Origin: Octopus bimaculoides
Taxonomy: Eukaryota
Assembly (NCBI RefSeq): GCF_001194135.2
Contig: NC_068997.1
Coordinates: 55,794,231-55,858,230 of the forward strand
Direction of reading: 5' to 3'
DNA: 64,000 bases
Shown here: positions 39,680-52,424 of the stretch, one piece after another
How positions within the stretch are numbered: the first letter of the stretch is position 1
Layout: every line of letters starts with the position of its first letter
The notes under the pieces: generated by a model
The model's database searches: none
What the model saw: only the letters and a program-made list of their open reading frames with translations
What the model was told of the DNA's origin: nothing
Made by a program: the position numbers and the translations under genes

Positions 39680-39985
39680 ATCATCATCATTATCATCATC
39701 ATCACTTAACGTCCTCCTTCCATGCTGGCATAGGTTTGGTGGTTTGACAGGAGGTGGCAAGGTAGGGGCCGGCACCATGATTCTATGCCTGTTTTGGAAG
39801 GGTTCTTATGGCTCGATGCCCTTCCTAACACCAACCACTCTAGAGTGGGCTGAGTGCTTTTTACATGACACTCACACAAGTGAGGTCAGTTTTGGCACGG
39901 TTGTTTACAGCTGGATGCCCTTCCAAATGCCAATCCCTTTACAGTGTGGACTGGGTGCATTTTAAATGGCACCTGCACTGGTGGG
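39680..39985 (-). mobile_element. Family C retroposon with internal ~85-bp duplication
   Basis: Two gatgcccttcc..ccaa..agtg.g..tg.gtgc units. Confidence 0.8.
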
Positions 39986-41187
39986 GGGGCACTGGTGGGG
40001 ACTTTGCAAGTCAATAGTTGGGGGTAAAATATTTTCTTCTGGTTTCACCAGAGTTCGTTGATAAACTAAGCATTAACAGATATATATACCAAGATCAAGA
40101 TTGAAATTATTGTAGGCTTTGATTTGTAGAAGAGTTTATGTGTCTGGAAAGTTTAAAACTATTGGAAGAGAATCAATTTAACCAAAACTGTATTTTGTAC
40201 TTAAAACTCATCTCAGGAATGTTGTTTGTAGATTTATTAGAATGATAACATCTGTCTCTGCTCCCAAAATAGTTTAGATGACAACAAATTAGATTCTGAT
40301 GTATGTTCAGGAAAAACAATATTTTGTGTGAGTGAAGATTCCAACAAAACTGAGTATTGGTCTGCAAGTTAGAGCAATATGTGGTCTCCATTCAAGATTC
40401 CTTTCAAAGTTGATTCCTATAAATTTAAATTAACCATCATATTCTATTGTATTACTGTCAACTTCCAGCTGTGGGACTCAATCTGGGACGATATATTTCT
40501 GATGGTGAAGAAAAACTATTCACTTAGTTTATGAGGCACTGAGTGAAAGCTTGCTTCCTGTCTGTCAATTTGATTCCAATAAGAATTTATTTGGATGGTT
40601 AAAATCGTTCAGAGCTCACTTTGTGTAATTGATAATAAAATCACCTGGCAACAGAGTTCAATTCTTCTGGAGTGTCTGTTCTATTCATTTCTGCGCGAGG
40701 CCACCCTTACAGGCATCAGGTGTGTAAGGGTGTGTTTGTATCTTGTAGCTATCTCATTTCACTCTGTGTGTGTATGTGTGTGTGTGTGTGTGTGTACATT
40801 TATTCATTCATTTAGCTTTTTTCTTGTTTCCATATTTCTCTTGAAACTGTGGTTCTGATAAACAAAAACAAAAAAATATTTGAAGTAGTTTACAAAAACG
40901 ACCTTTTCTAGGCAGATAAAATGGTGTATTAGCAGACAAAATTTGACAAAGAAATAAATGTACAGTAAGAGTATTATCCATAACGATTGCCAACAATTAT
41001 CCTTATTAATGTGGATTTTATTTATGGAAAAATTTCTCCAAAACATAAAATATTTAGTAATGTCCTGAATTGGTGCATTTCAAATGTTGCCAAATGTCTT
41101 TAAAAAGGTGTTAAATATTGTTGTTTCTATGTGGTTGTCTTATATTTGAGTTTTAGCAGTTAGATACCAGAACATAGTCGCAAATGA

Positions 41188-41248
41188 TAGTATGCAGTAG
41201 TATGTAGTAGTACTAGTAGTACTATAGTAGTATGTAGTAGTACTAGTA
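41188..41248. repeat. Short degenerate tandem repeat (tagtatgtag/tagtactag)
   Basis: Direct 9-11 bp units. Confidence 0.8.
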
Positions 41249-41301
41249 AACTGTTTGCAAATGGTCTCTCAGGTTTCCTGCTGTTAATATTATCACAACT
41301 A

Positions 41302-41495
41302 AAGGCAGCAAGCTGGCGGAGTGGTTAGCGCTCCAGGAGTTCAAATTCCGCCAAGGGCAACTTTGCCTTTCATCCTTTCGGGGTCAATTAAATAAGTACC
41401 AGTTATGCACTGAGGTCGATGTCATTGACTTAATCTCTTTGTCTGTCCTTGTTTGTCCCCTCTGTGTTTAGCCCCTTGTGGGCAACAAAGAAATA
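41302..41495 (+). mobile_element. SINE family B variant with 16-bp TSD
   Basis: Perfect TSD aatattatcacaacta at 41286-41301 and 41496-41511; B box gagttcaaattcc; tail tttagccccttgtgggcaacaaagaaat. Confidence 0.95.
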
Positions 41496-41511
41496 AATAT
41501 TATCACAACTA

Positions 41512-41863
41512 TTGTTAGGGCACATGGCCTAGTGGTTAGACTCATGGCCTAGTGATCATGGTTCAGTTCCCAGACCAGGTAGCACATTGTGTTTGTGAGG
41601 AAAGCACTTCATTTCATGTTGCTCCAGTCCACTTGGCTGTAAATAGGAGACACTGCAACAGGGACATCGTATAAATACAAGGCAAAAATACTTAGCAGCA
41701 TTCTGTCCTTCTTTACATTCTAAATTCAAATTCTGCTGAGGTCAGCTTTGCCTTTCATCCTTTTGGGGGTCGATAAAATAGGTACCAGTTGAATACTGAG
41801 GTAGATGTAATTGACTTACCCCCCTCTCTCAAACTCGCTGGCCTTCTGCCGAAATCTGAAATC
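41512..41863 (+). mobile_element. Composite of family D head and family B body
   Basis: ggcacatggcctagtggttag..ttgctccagtccact, then ctttgcctttcatcc..gtcgataaaataggtaccag. Confidence 0.75.
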
Positions 41864-43734
41864 AATATTATCTCAACTAGTGATACTGGAGGATTGTAAC
41901 AAGTTAATCAAATGTCTTCCAATCAAATATGTGTTTGGCCCATTCTTCCAGAAACAATTCTGGTGCCTATTGTTTTTGTAGTGGCTCTAAAAATGAGGTA
42001 TGGATACACCTAGAGCTCCATACGATTGCTGGCTAAGTAATACTGCCTTAGATCATCTCAATTTGAATGTTACAGTAGTGTGTCATTGTCATAATTGTAA
42101 CTGACAATCACACTAAGAAAATAATTGCCTTCATTTGATTTGATATTGGTGTCAGACTTGAAAGATTTCTCTGCTTGGTTCTGTTCAAATGTTTCTGCCA
42201 GAAGAGAGAAGAGAGAAGAGAGGAAGAGAACATAACAGAACATATACACATATCTCTTAACACTCTTTTACTTGTTTTGGTCATTGGACGGTGGCCATGC
42301 AAAGCAATACATTCAGCAGAATTTGAACTCAGACTGTGAAGACAGATGAAATGCTGCTAAGCATTTTGCCCAGTGTGCTAACGATTCTGCCAGCTCACTG
42401 TTTTAATTACTTTATTAATTATAATAAACATAATCAGGATTCATAAGTCATTGTCAGTCACATGAGTGACATTTCTTTCAACTTTTGCATCTCTTTACAG
42501 CTTATCTCCCTTTGTATTAAATTTACATTTAAAACATCACCTTTACAATTTTTTTTGTGCTCTTTTGTTGCCATGGTTTGGCTTAGGTCATTACGGTCTC
42601 AGTTTGTTCTTATTCACAGTTATTGCCATCCAAGGTTGATCAGAAGACAAGTTGATTGTATATTTGAACTTTGGTGTTGTTTCTATGGCTGAATTCTTTA
42701 CAAACACCACCCCTTTTAAAGAACGAACTGGGTGCATTTTATTACAGCCTCATGGATTCATTAATATCTTTACATCAGCAAAAAAAGTGATTGCTTATAT
42801 TCCCCAAGACTTAAGTATCTTTACAGTTATTGGAGAACTAACAAATGAAAACGAACAGTATTCATTTTTGAAATTTTTTCAGCATAGAAAATGTTTTGTC
42901 TTACAGATTACATAAGTTCCAAACTTCCATGTTCGCAAAACATGGAGGGGAAAAATAATTCAATGATTTTTTAAAAAGATGTTTGATATGAGACTTGCTC
43001 TGGTGGCAAATTGTATATTATTCTACACAAGTTGGTAGCATTCATAATGAGATAAAAATCAGATGTATCATGGAAGCATTAAAATGTAATGAGAAAAAAC
43101 TGTATGTTTTTGACATGTGATATTCCTATGTCTACCTATTCTACAGAACTTACATGAAAATGTCAGCTGCATTGTATTCAGATTAGAGGAACAAATTTCC
43201 ATCTGTGTTACTTCACCGACAGAAACATGTGAAGCTGATACATTCTGATTTTATCAAGATCTACAGATGTTGACAACCAATTAATGTTGGTTTTTGAGTT
43301 GTCAAACCTATTATTGAAAGCGAGCTCACACAAAACCATAGATATGCTCTCTCCATTACTTAGAAATGGTACAAAAAAATTCCTTGCATACAGTTCAATC
43401 TACTGACTCTAAAACTTGTATTTACTTGTATCTACATTATAGCTTTAGCTTTCTGTCCACAGTAACTAACAAATGTGGATACATTAGATACACAGGTTTA
43501 GAAATGAAGGAATTGACTACCAAGTTTAGCTTCATTAATTTGCCTGATTCATGCTCAAACAGACAGAAAAGATATTTTAAGACTGGATCAAGTGAAAGCA
43601 TCGACATTCTCAATATGTTATTGATTTATATTTTATGCCACTAAGAGTGAAGCTCAAGAAGATACACCTCCATCTTGATTGTATAAATACACTTATCAAA
43701 GATGGCTGGTTGGTGTCATCAGATTTTGAGGAGA

Positions 43735-43900
43735 GGCATGGATGTGTAGTTAAGAAACATGCTTCCCAACCACACGGTTTTGGGTTCAATCCCACTGTAT
43801 AGCACCTTTGGTAAATGTCTTCCACTATAGTACCAAGTTCACCAAAGTCTTCAGAGTGAATTTGGTAACCAGAAACTGAAACAGGAGTCCCAGAGACATT
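43735..43900 (+). mobile_element. SINE family A head
   Basis: ggcatggatgtgtagttaagaa..gggttcaatcccactg..aatgtcttccactatag. Confidence 0.8.
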
Positions 43901-44174
43901 CACAGTTCATAATTCTTGGTTGATGTGTTTCGAAAATAAAGTTATAAAGTGAATGTTATAGAATGAAAGTATAACTTTTCAGACATAGTCCTTCATTAGA
44001 TACAAAGAGAAATGTTCAGAGAAGAGGAGGGAGAGAGAGAAGAGGAAAAGAGAAGAGAACTAGGAAAAGAACATGTAGATATCTGTATGTAAGTATGTAT
44101 ATATGGATGTATATGTATGTGTTTGTGTGTGTGTCATCTTCATAGAAGCAATTTCATTTTTGTTTCCAGTCTTC

Positions 44175-44345
44175 TGTGGAAAACATGTCCATCCATGAAG
44201 AAATATTACTTTGCTTGGAAATGGGTGAAGAATGGTGGTAGAAAGGTCCTCTGGCCATAGAAAGCCTGGCTCAATAAATTCTGTTTTGACCTGTGCAAGC
44301 ATCAAAAAGTGGGTATAGTGACAATGATGATGATGATGATGATGA
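44175..44345 (+). mobile_element. Family C 3' end with (GAT)n(GAG)n tail
   Basis: gacctgtgcaagcatcaaaaagtgg followed by a trinucleotide tail. Confidence 0.65.
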
Positions 44346-45374
44346 TGATGAGGATGAGGAGGAGGAGGAGGTGGAGGATATAGGAAATCCAGAAGAGTCA
44401 TCTAAGCCATTGCTTCTCTCTGTTTATTTAGTATCTCAAGCTAAATATCATAACTATGATACTGAAAAACCTTTAATTTATTTAAAGAATAAAACAGATA
44501 TTTGCATAAAATTATAAAATAATTTTGTTTATACTTCAATAAATTATATGTGTATAGAATTTTATCACTTAAATAGAATTTTTGATTAAATTAAAATTCC
44601 ATTATTGAATACTGTTTTGTTGTAAGCAAATTAGTTTTAGGGTCAGTTAGTACAGATGCAATAAACATAAATATTTTAGCAATTGAGTTTTGGATGTTAT
44701 AATTGTCGTTGAATATGTTTTCTTTGGAGAAGAATAATTCTTTAATGACATTATAGAATAACAATACAGAAATATGGTTAGAACTTAGCAGTTTTAGTCG
44801 ACTGTGTATGATCAAAATATAAAACTATTTGAAAAAAAAAACAAAAAACAAATAGCAATTTTTCAAAGAAAATAAATCTTTTAAATTATGTTCAATGAAA
44901 TAATTTAAATCAAATAAAATCTATTACTTAATCTGGATAATGATGTTAATGACGTTATTAAAAATGATTTCTTATGTAACCTGGAAGGATAAGATGTTTA
45001 AAATGTAAAGTAGAAATTGCAACATTCATACATTTCCAAAGATCATTAGTTGTGTATGCAAAATAGAATTGTTCTTCAGCTTTCAATGATGCTATACCAG
45101 TTCTGGAGTTTATTTAAAGAGTATTTTTGGAATTACCCAATCCTATATTTGACACGTGTATTCAAGGAGATTAAAAACAACGATGTTGCTCCTTGAAAGC
45201 AAACTCTTTTTTTTTGTTTTTTTTTTCATTTTCATTTCCTTTATTTTTGTTTTCTAAATTTTCTTTTTTAATATTTCTTTTATTTTATGGTTTTATTCCT
45301 TTGAGTAATCAAAGGTAAGAATTGATAGATTAATCCTCACCATCCTACTTCAAATTTTAGAATACATTTCTATA

Positions 45375-45442
45375 ACTATATTATTTGACACACACATGCA
45401 AGCACACACACATATATATATACATATACGCACACCACATAC

Positions 45443-45510
<68 letters not shown>

Positions 45511-45590
45511 GCACATGCACATATACATACATACACACACACAGGTACACACACACACACACACACACATACACACATACAGAAAACTAT
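45375..45590. repeat. Compound (CA)n/(TA)n/(CATA)n microsatellite
   Basis: Direct repeats. Confidence 0.95.
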
Positions 45591-46292
45591 AATACAACTT
45601 AAGAAGTAATTTACACTTTCTCTTTAATATAAATTGGGAATAGTTTTAAAATGTTACCCAATTTCAGAACAAATTGATTTCAACAAAATTCAGACGAATG
45701 AATAAATATTAAAAAATAATAGTAAAATAAATGTTTTCTACCTTTTTTTACTAAAGATACTTAATCTGTCTCTTGGTAATTTATTTTCCATCATTAATCA
45801 TTAACCCATTCTATATTTCACAGTGCGACAAATCATAACAATCATTCCCTTTTTCTTTTTAGTATTCAATATATTTTCTCTTATTAATTCTGTTTCTTTT
45901 ATCATACCATGTTAGTTTCAGTCAGAATTTTTTTTCAAATTCCAATATTATCTCTTCCACTCGTAATTCCATAATTCCACTTCTGTAAGCAATTTTATGA
46001 TAGCAAAATCGCGTTTCACTTTTACTGGTTTGAATAATCACATTCAAAATTAATCAACAAGAAACTTTCACCAGCAATGAACACTTTGGATGAACTTTAC
46101 AAATACATTCCAATTCTTTTAGTTTATCGAACAATATTTTCTGGAGAAAAGCAAAAATTCTTTTTGTCTAGATCAAGTAAATGTCTGTTTGTTACCTTAA
46201 AAAAATAAAACAGATAGCACCAACAATAAACTCAGATAAAAGAGAATTATTTATTTTCTTATTTAAGGATTTCATTATTAAATTAGAAGATT

Positions 46293-46505
46293 AAGGTGGT
46301 GAGCTGGCAGAGTTGTTAGTATGGTACGCAAAATGCTTAGAAGCATTTTGTCTTTACATCCTGAGTTCAAACTCCGCCGAGGTCAACTTTGCCTCTCGTC
46401 CTTTTGGAGTCAACAAAATAAGTACCAGTTGAGTACTAGGGTTGATGTAATTGAGGTAATCCTTCACCTGAAATTGCTGGCCTTGTGTCAAAATTTGAAA
46501 CTGTA
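46293..46505 (+). mobile_element. SINE family B
   Basis: taaggtggtgagctggcag..gagttcaaactccgccgaggtcaactttgcc..taagtaccag. Confidence 0.9.
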
Positions 46506-47091
46506 ATTAAATTGGAATATTTGTAGAATTACAGTTGCCTGAAAAATTACTGTTATCCAATTTTCACTGAAAAGTAAAAGAATTCAAAATGAGACATGTT
46601 TTTGCAAGAAAACCTATGTTCACAGTAGGTTATTTTAGAAATAATTAGTTATAAATTACTATTGCATATTTAGTGAATAATTCCTGTAGAGGAGGTTATT
46701 TTCTCAGAGTTTCTATTGGTTCAATTAATATTTAATCAATATTTAATCAATATTTAATCACATAAATATTACACAGTATTGAATCAGAAAGACAAGACTC
46801 AGTGATTCATACACTTCAAGAACTTCATCGGAATCGTTTTTATCTGTCAGTGAATATCTATAACTGCAAATATTTTGAGTGTAGCACGTAAATTTTAAAC
46901 TATGAAACATTATTAAAGATACTCATCAAACATGCTACTGTTATATATCAAAAGAAAATGGGAAACTTCTGCTAGATGATTAAGTGAAAGCTAATGATGA
47001 ATTTATCAGTAAATATACACAATAGTCGAAATATCTTAACAGATGATATAATTAAAATTGTATTAGCATCAATACATACATACGTACATAC

Positions 47092-47128
<37 letters not shown>

Positions 47129-49043
47129 GTAAAAGCCGGAAGGCATTAAAGATAAGAGACTTTCATTACAGGTGAATTCAAAGTATTAGCCATTTGGTGA
47201 CCAAGGTGATAACACTCTTATATACATATATTCACTGACTGTCTATTTGTTTGTCTCTTGGATGAAGAACAGTTTCTGGAAGTGTAGAACTTTTTCTCTT
47301 CATAGCAAATCAACTTATTGAAGTCTTATATAAAAACTTATACTTCACTGATTGTGGCTGAATTAGAGTTGAACCATATTGAGAGCTGTGTGTGATAATC
47401 ACCAAAAGAATGAAAGACTATTAGACAAACATATTGCTTGGTTATTAACTTTGGTCTGGTTGTTGTGAAGAGATACTAAGGCCAGTCAGTTAAATATAAG
47501 AATAATAATTGAAAGGGCTGGCAATGTTGCTAGATAGAAGGGGAACTTAATGTGGGAAATTCAAATTGAAATGAAAAAAATATTAAGTACTAAACTCAAC
47601 TTTTGCATTTGAATCAGAGCTGAGAAAATCATTTAGGTCATGTGGAAAATAAAAATTACCTTTATTGGTATTTGAGACAATTTGTGGTCAGCTGTATTTA
47701 CTATCCATTTTCGGTTTTGTCTTTTTACTTGACAAAGTCAAATAAGGAAGGGGCAGTACCTGTAATTATTTTTCATAGGGTTTCTGAGATTATTGGGAGG
47801 ATAACAAGAAGTTATATTTATACCAGAGACCCATTGCAAATTCTTTCAACAGAAAGACATCAAAGGTTGCCAAGTGATGTCTTTTAGAAAGGAACCATTT
47901 AAGGATTCCCTTCACAGAAATAAATGCTTTGTGAAACTAAATGGAGCAGATTATGTACAAGTTTTAGAATCTACAAGAAATAAAGAGCAGCATTTTCTGT
48001 GTTTTCCTAATAATCAATTGAATGATAGACAAGATAAAAATATTGGTTTTACTTTCTATATTTCATTAAAATATGATTCTTACTGTATTCTGATATTGCT
48101 GAAAAAGAAATCACTGATTTTGTTACATTAATGCTAGAATCAACTTCTTTAAGCTATAAATGACTAGTTTTAAATAACTATTATTATCATAATAATTACC
48201 ATTGATTACAGTAAAAAGTATTTTTAACTAATGATAAAGTACGGAATTTTCATAAAATCATTAAGAATATAAGATTGTTGATTTTGTTTTATTTATCCAT
48301 ATAGATTTTCAACTAATTTTCTCAATGCATTTTGGCAATATTTTAGTGCAATGAACCTTATCTAAGATAAAAGTTTTCTCCAAATCAACGTATTGTATTT
48401 TATCCATAATTAATTTTCATATCAAACTTCTACTTTGATGGAAAAAAAATAGAGCATATAATATATGCAGAATTTCAAATGCATTTAATTATAATTAATT
48501 CTATTTTGCAACATTTCAATAATAAAAACGTCAAATCAATAAATGCATTTCTATTTTCAAAATTACAAAATCATTATACATGAATTAAATATTTCAATAT
48601 TTTATGAGAAGGAATATTAAGTTGAATGGTAGAATATCATTGCTTTGACTGAAGTGGAAGCAGAAAACTTTGGTTAGTATATCATATGAGTTCATTCCAT
48701 TTTAGATTTAAAGATGTTTAAGGCAGCATCTCATTAGACATAATTTTGAAAGAAGCTTTTAATTGTATCATCCCATTGTATTCTTTAATACCTTTTCATT
48801 TTTATTGGTTCTTAGTCCTTTAGAAAGATGAAAACCTCACAGATGATTTCTTAAATAAGATGAGAGCAAGGATGAGTGACATTGATGAGGTTTTTAAAAG
48901 AGATGAAGGTTAATATTTCATTGCAATAAATGAGAAGATGGAGTTTTGGGGATGAAAGACTGCATTTTAAAAAATGACATTATGGGGAGTTGACAGGTGA
49001 ATGAGAAGCAAAACTAATTCAAATATTATATAAAAGGAAGATA

Positions 49044-49080
<37 letters not shown>

Positions 49081-49273
49081 AAGAGAGAGAGAGGGGGGAG
49101 ATCAGGCTTTCAAGTTAATGTTAAAGAATAAAGTTTATTGATTGATAGATGTCGATGTTTGGTATGTCATCTAGGAATCTAGAGAACACACTGATGTATC
49201 CTAAGATATGAAATGGGTACTCCAATGGTACTCCAGTTGAACTCTCTATTAGTACTCCATTGAGTAAAAAAAA

Positions 49274-49588
49274 GAGCACTCTGTTGGTTATGTCGATGAG
49301 GGTCGCAGCTGATATGATCAATGGAACAGTTTGCTCGTGAAATTAATGTGAAAGTGGCTGAGCGCTCCACAGACACGTGTACCACAGACACGTCTCCCTG
49401 AGATTCAGCATGACACAGAGTGTGACAAGGCTGGCCTTTGAAATCAGGTACTACTCATTTTGCCAGCTGAGTGGACTGGAGCAACACGAATTAAAGTGTC
49501 TTGCTCAAGGACACAACACATTGCCAAGAATTGAACTCACAACCTTATGATCATGAGCCAAATATCCTAACCACTAAGCCACATGCCT
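49274..49588 (-). mobile_element. SINE family D, near full length
   Basis: Head rc ggcatgtggcttagtggttagg, B box gagttcaattc, core ttgtgtccttgagcaagacact. Confidence 0.9.
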
Positions 49589-49590
49589 TC

Positions 49591-49655
49591 ATTACTCCAT
49601 TAGTACTCTATTAGTACTCCATTAGCACTCTATTAGTACTCCATTAGTACTCTAT
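49591..49655. repeat. 11-bp minisatellite attagtactc(c/t) with 22-bp alternation
   Basis: About six units alternating c/t; related units at 49217-49261 on the other side of the SINE. Confidence 0.9.
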
Positions 49656-49659
49656 CAAT

Positions 49660-49702
<43 letters not shown>

Positions 49703-50997
49703 TGCTTCAATTGTTTCAACACAATGTAGTTTTCCAAGAATAGAGGTTCATATATCATCTGAGGAAACACAACTAGATCTCATTATGCAAGCACACAGTT
49801 GCATAATCAAGTACTTATATTCTTGGAGAACTATGTTGTGTTGAAACAATTGTAGCAAATAATAAAATGTCCAGCGATACTCCTTCTTCCTGACTCCAGT
49901 TTTTGCGATATTATCTCCACACATGACTAATGCCCAAATTAAAACTTGGAAGTACATAATAATACTTACCAATAGTACTGGGTAATTCTGAAGGTGGACG
50001 AGCTTCATACTGTACTCTACCACGTTCCTGATGGATTAAAACATAACCTACACACACACACAAAATATATATATGTGTGTGTGTATAAAAAAAAACATTA
50101 TAAAGTGTTCCTGCATACACCATCTTCTTGCAGTTGCGTAAATAACAACACATTGTGTTACACAGCTGTAAATTATAATTCGTTTACTTTGCAGCATGTA
50201 GTGCCTCAGCTACTGAACAACTGACATGTCTTTAACTGGTTATTTCAAGGACCCAAGACAGCATATTTATTACAGTTATCGGTAAACAAAATCATTTTCT
50301 CCTAACAGTTTCCAATAGACTTGAAGTAGAAGCTTCATGTATGATGCTGTGAAAGAAATATTTATTTCCATGGAGAAATTGCAGCTCATCTGTTGTTATT
50401 AAGTTATAAACGATAATCTATTGTATGAAGCACATTTAAACTCTTAACAGGAAGAAATAAATGTAAAATATTTAATATCTGATGTATATAATATAGGATC
50501 ACAACTCCTTAATTGAAACATTTCTCTCGTCATACAAGTGTTATAATGGTATAAATGACCAAGAACTAAATTATATTTGGTAAATTGAATTGATGGAACT
50601 TATCCAAACTGTTGATCAGCTTCTTGTGAATCACAGCCTTCTTTACCGGAATGGAGGTATGGCAGCAAAACAAGGTGAACCAGAACAAACAGTGCTATTA
50701 AAAATTTAAGGTGAATTTGATATCTTATTTATACAGAGATAATTAAAAAAATATTGTTGGAGAGAAAATAAATAAATAAAGCTGTAGAACCTGACTATTT
50801 CTGAGAACAGGAATTATCATTCTCCAGTTGTGCATTGGCAGAATCAGTGATTAGAGCACTGGCCAAAACGGCTTGCAGTATTTACTCTGGTTCTTAACAT
50901 TCTCAGTTCACTGTTCTATATTTAAGAGATGAGGAATTATGTACATTATTTACATTATTTACTTTTGATGGACATTTGTCCTCATCTTGCTTGTTGT

Positions 50998-51041
50998 TAA
51001 CACGTTTTGGCTGATATACCCTCCAGCCTTCACCAGGTGTC
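50998..51041 (-). ncRNA. Inactivated copy of the same hammerhead
   Basis: GACAC-CUGGUGA-A-GGCUG..CAGCC-AAAAC-GUGUU: A6G, G12A and a 3-nt loss at the cleavage site. Confidence 0.65.
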
Positions 51042-51150
51042 TTGGGGAAATTTCAAACCACTACGCCATATGCCCACGGGCATATGGTGTAGTAGTTAAG
51101 AACGTGGGCTACTAACCCCAAGATTCTGAGTTCAATTCCAGGCAGTGACC

Positions 51151-51189
<39 letters not shown>

Positions 51190-51237
51190 TTGAAAAATAA
51201 CCTTAGGAATGAGAACCTGAGTTCGAAATTTCCCCAA

Positions 51238-51283
51238 GACACCTGATGAAGGCTGGAGAGTATTTCAGTCGAAACATTGTGTT
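51238..51283 (+). ncRNA. Minimal type I hammerhead ribozyme motif (Penelope type)
   Basis: GACAC-CUGAUGA-A-GGCUG(GAGAGUAUUU)CAGUC-GAAAC-AUU-GUGUU: intact core, paired stems I and II, predicted cut after 51278. Confidence 0.75.
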
Positions 51284-51369
51284 AACCACAAACAAGATGA
51301 GGACAAATAATGTAAATAATGTATTCTGAGTTCAAATCCCTCTTTATTTTTCATCCCTTTAATCTTAAT

Positions 51370-51600
51370 CCTTTAACATTCAGATTACTTTGTCGAATGC
51401 TGGCATGGGTTGGATGGTTTGACAGGAGCTGATGAGCCAGAGGACTGCACCAAGTTGCAATGTCTGCTTGGGCATGGTTTCTATAACTGGATGACCTTCT
51501 TAATGCCAACCAGTTTTTACAGAAGTACAATGGCTGCTTTTTACATGGCATTGGCACGAGTGAGGTGGTCAAGTAACGTTCAAGACAAGATCCCCTAGAA
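51370..51600 (-). mobile_element. Family C retroposon
   Basis: gctggcatgggttggatggtttgacagg..actggatgaccttcttaatgccaacc. Confidence 0.8.
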
Positions 51601-52424
51601 TTAGGGTGTTGTAGTGAGGGAAGTGGCTTTATGCCACAGATTGAGAAGTTAAAAGTGGGGTAGTCATCTTGCAGAAGAGATGCTAGGCTGCCCCACTTGG
51701 AAAATGAGAGAAGATGGTAAAGAGGATCATGTCATACCCTCAAATTATAGATTAATATGGAGCAAATATAGCTTTTGTTGATGTTAATTCTAGATTAGCC
51801 CTAATCAAGTAGACTGATGGGAAAGGGGCCCTTCCAACCATGACTATTCTACTTAGTTTCAAGTTCACTGCGTCTAAAGTTATAGTATACTTCTATTTTT
51901 AAGACAACAAGATATAATATAAGGGATATTTCATTGCTATTTCTAGCAATTCAAGTGGTCACATAATGACTCTGTATTGTTGGCTTATTGATATTTTTGT
52001 TTTAAAGCTTTACAGAACAACATAAAGTCCAGCAGAGTATTTTCTTCGGCTGCAAATCAGCAAAGCAAAGCTGAAGTATAAAATGGAGAATCACAAGTAA
52101 GATGAAACCTAGATGTTTCCTCCAGTCAGGCTCATACTGTGATGGCTGCCATCGTCTTTGATCTCTGCACAACAGTCGTATATTTTGGTACTGAATAATC
52201 TTAGATGAACCAGAAGGAAATAGCTCCATCTCACACAGAAAACTATTTGCCATGATGTACTTGAATTATTAATGTAATTTCTTAGGATATTTCTACATCA
52301 ACAACAATTCTCAATTCTTTCTGACTTAGATGCCAGTTGCATAGATGGTAGGAATATTGTTTATATTTTCTTCTTACCATTTTAGTGCAACATTCCAAAC
52401 CATTTAAATAAAGTTTTCATCTTG

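Larger units (their letters stand above)
50911..51322. mobile_element. Palindromic tRNA-head / (AAT)n / hammerhead element inserted into a family B SINE
   Basis: 12-bp TSD attctcagttca (50899-50910) / attctgagttca (51323-51334); inverted ~100-bp outer arms; central 20-bp palindrome 51056-51097; tRNA-like head 51078-51150. Confidence 0.85.

Noticed and set aside
51078-51150. tRNA-like sequence with an ACT anticodon loop
   Set aside because: No proper acceptor stem pairing, and it is fused to an (AAT)n/hammerhead tail; it is a SINE head, not a tRNA gene.
52002-52253. 83-aa minus ORF (..RDQRRWQPSQYEPDWRKHL..) as an internal exon
   Set aside because: Several frames look equally plausible and donors are weak; frame and boundaries cannot be fixed.
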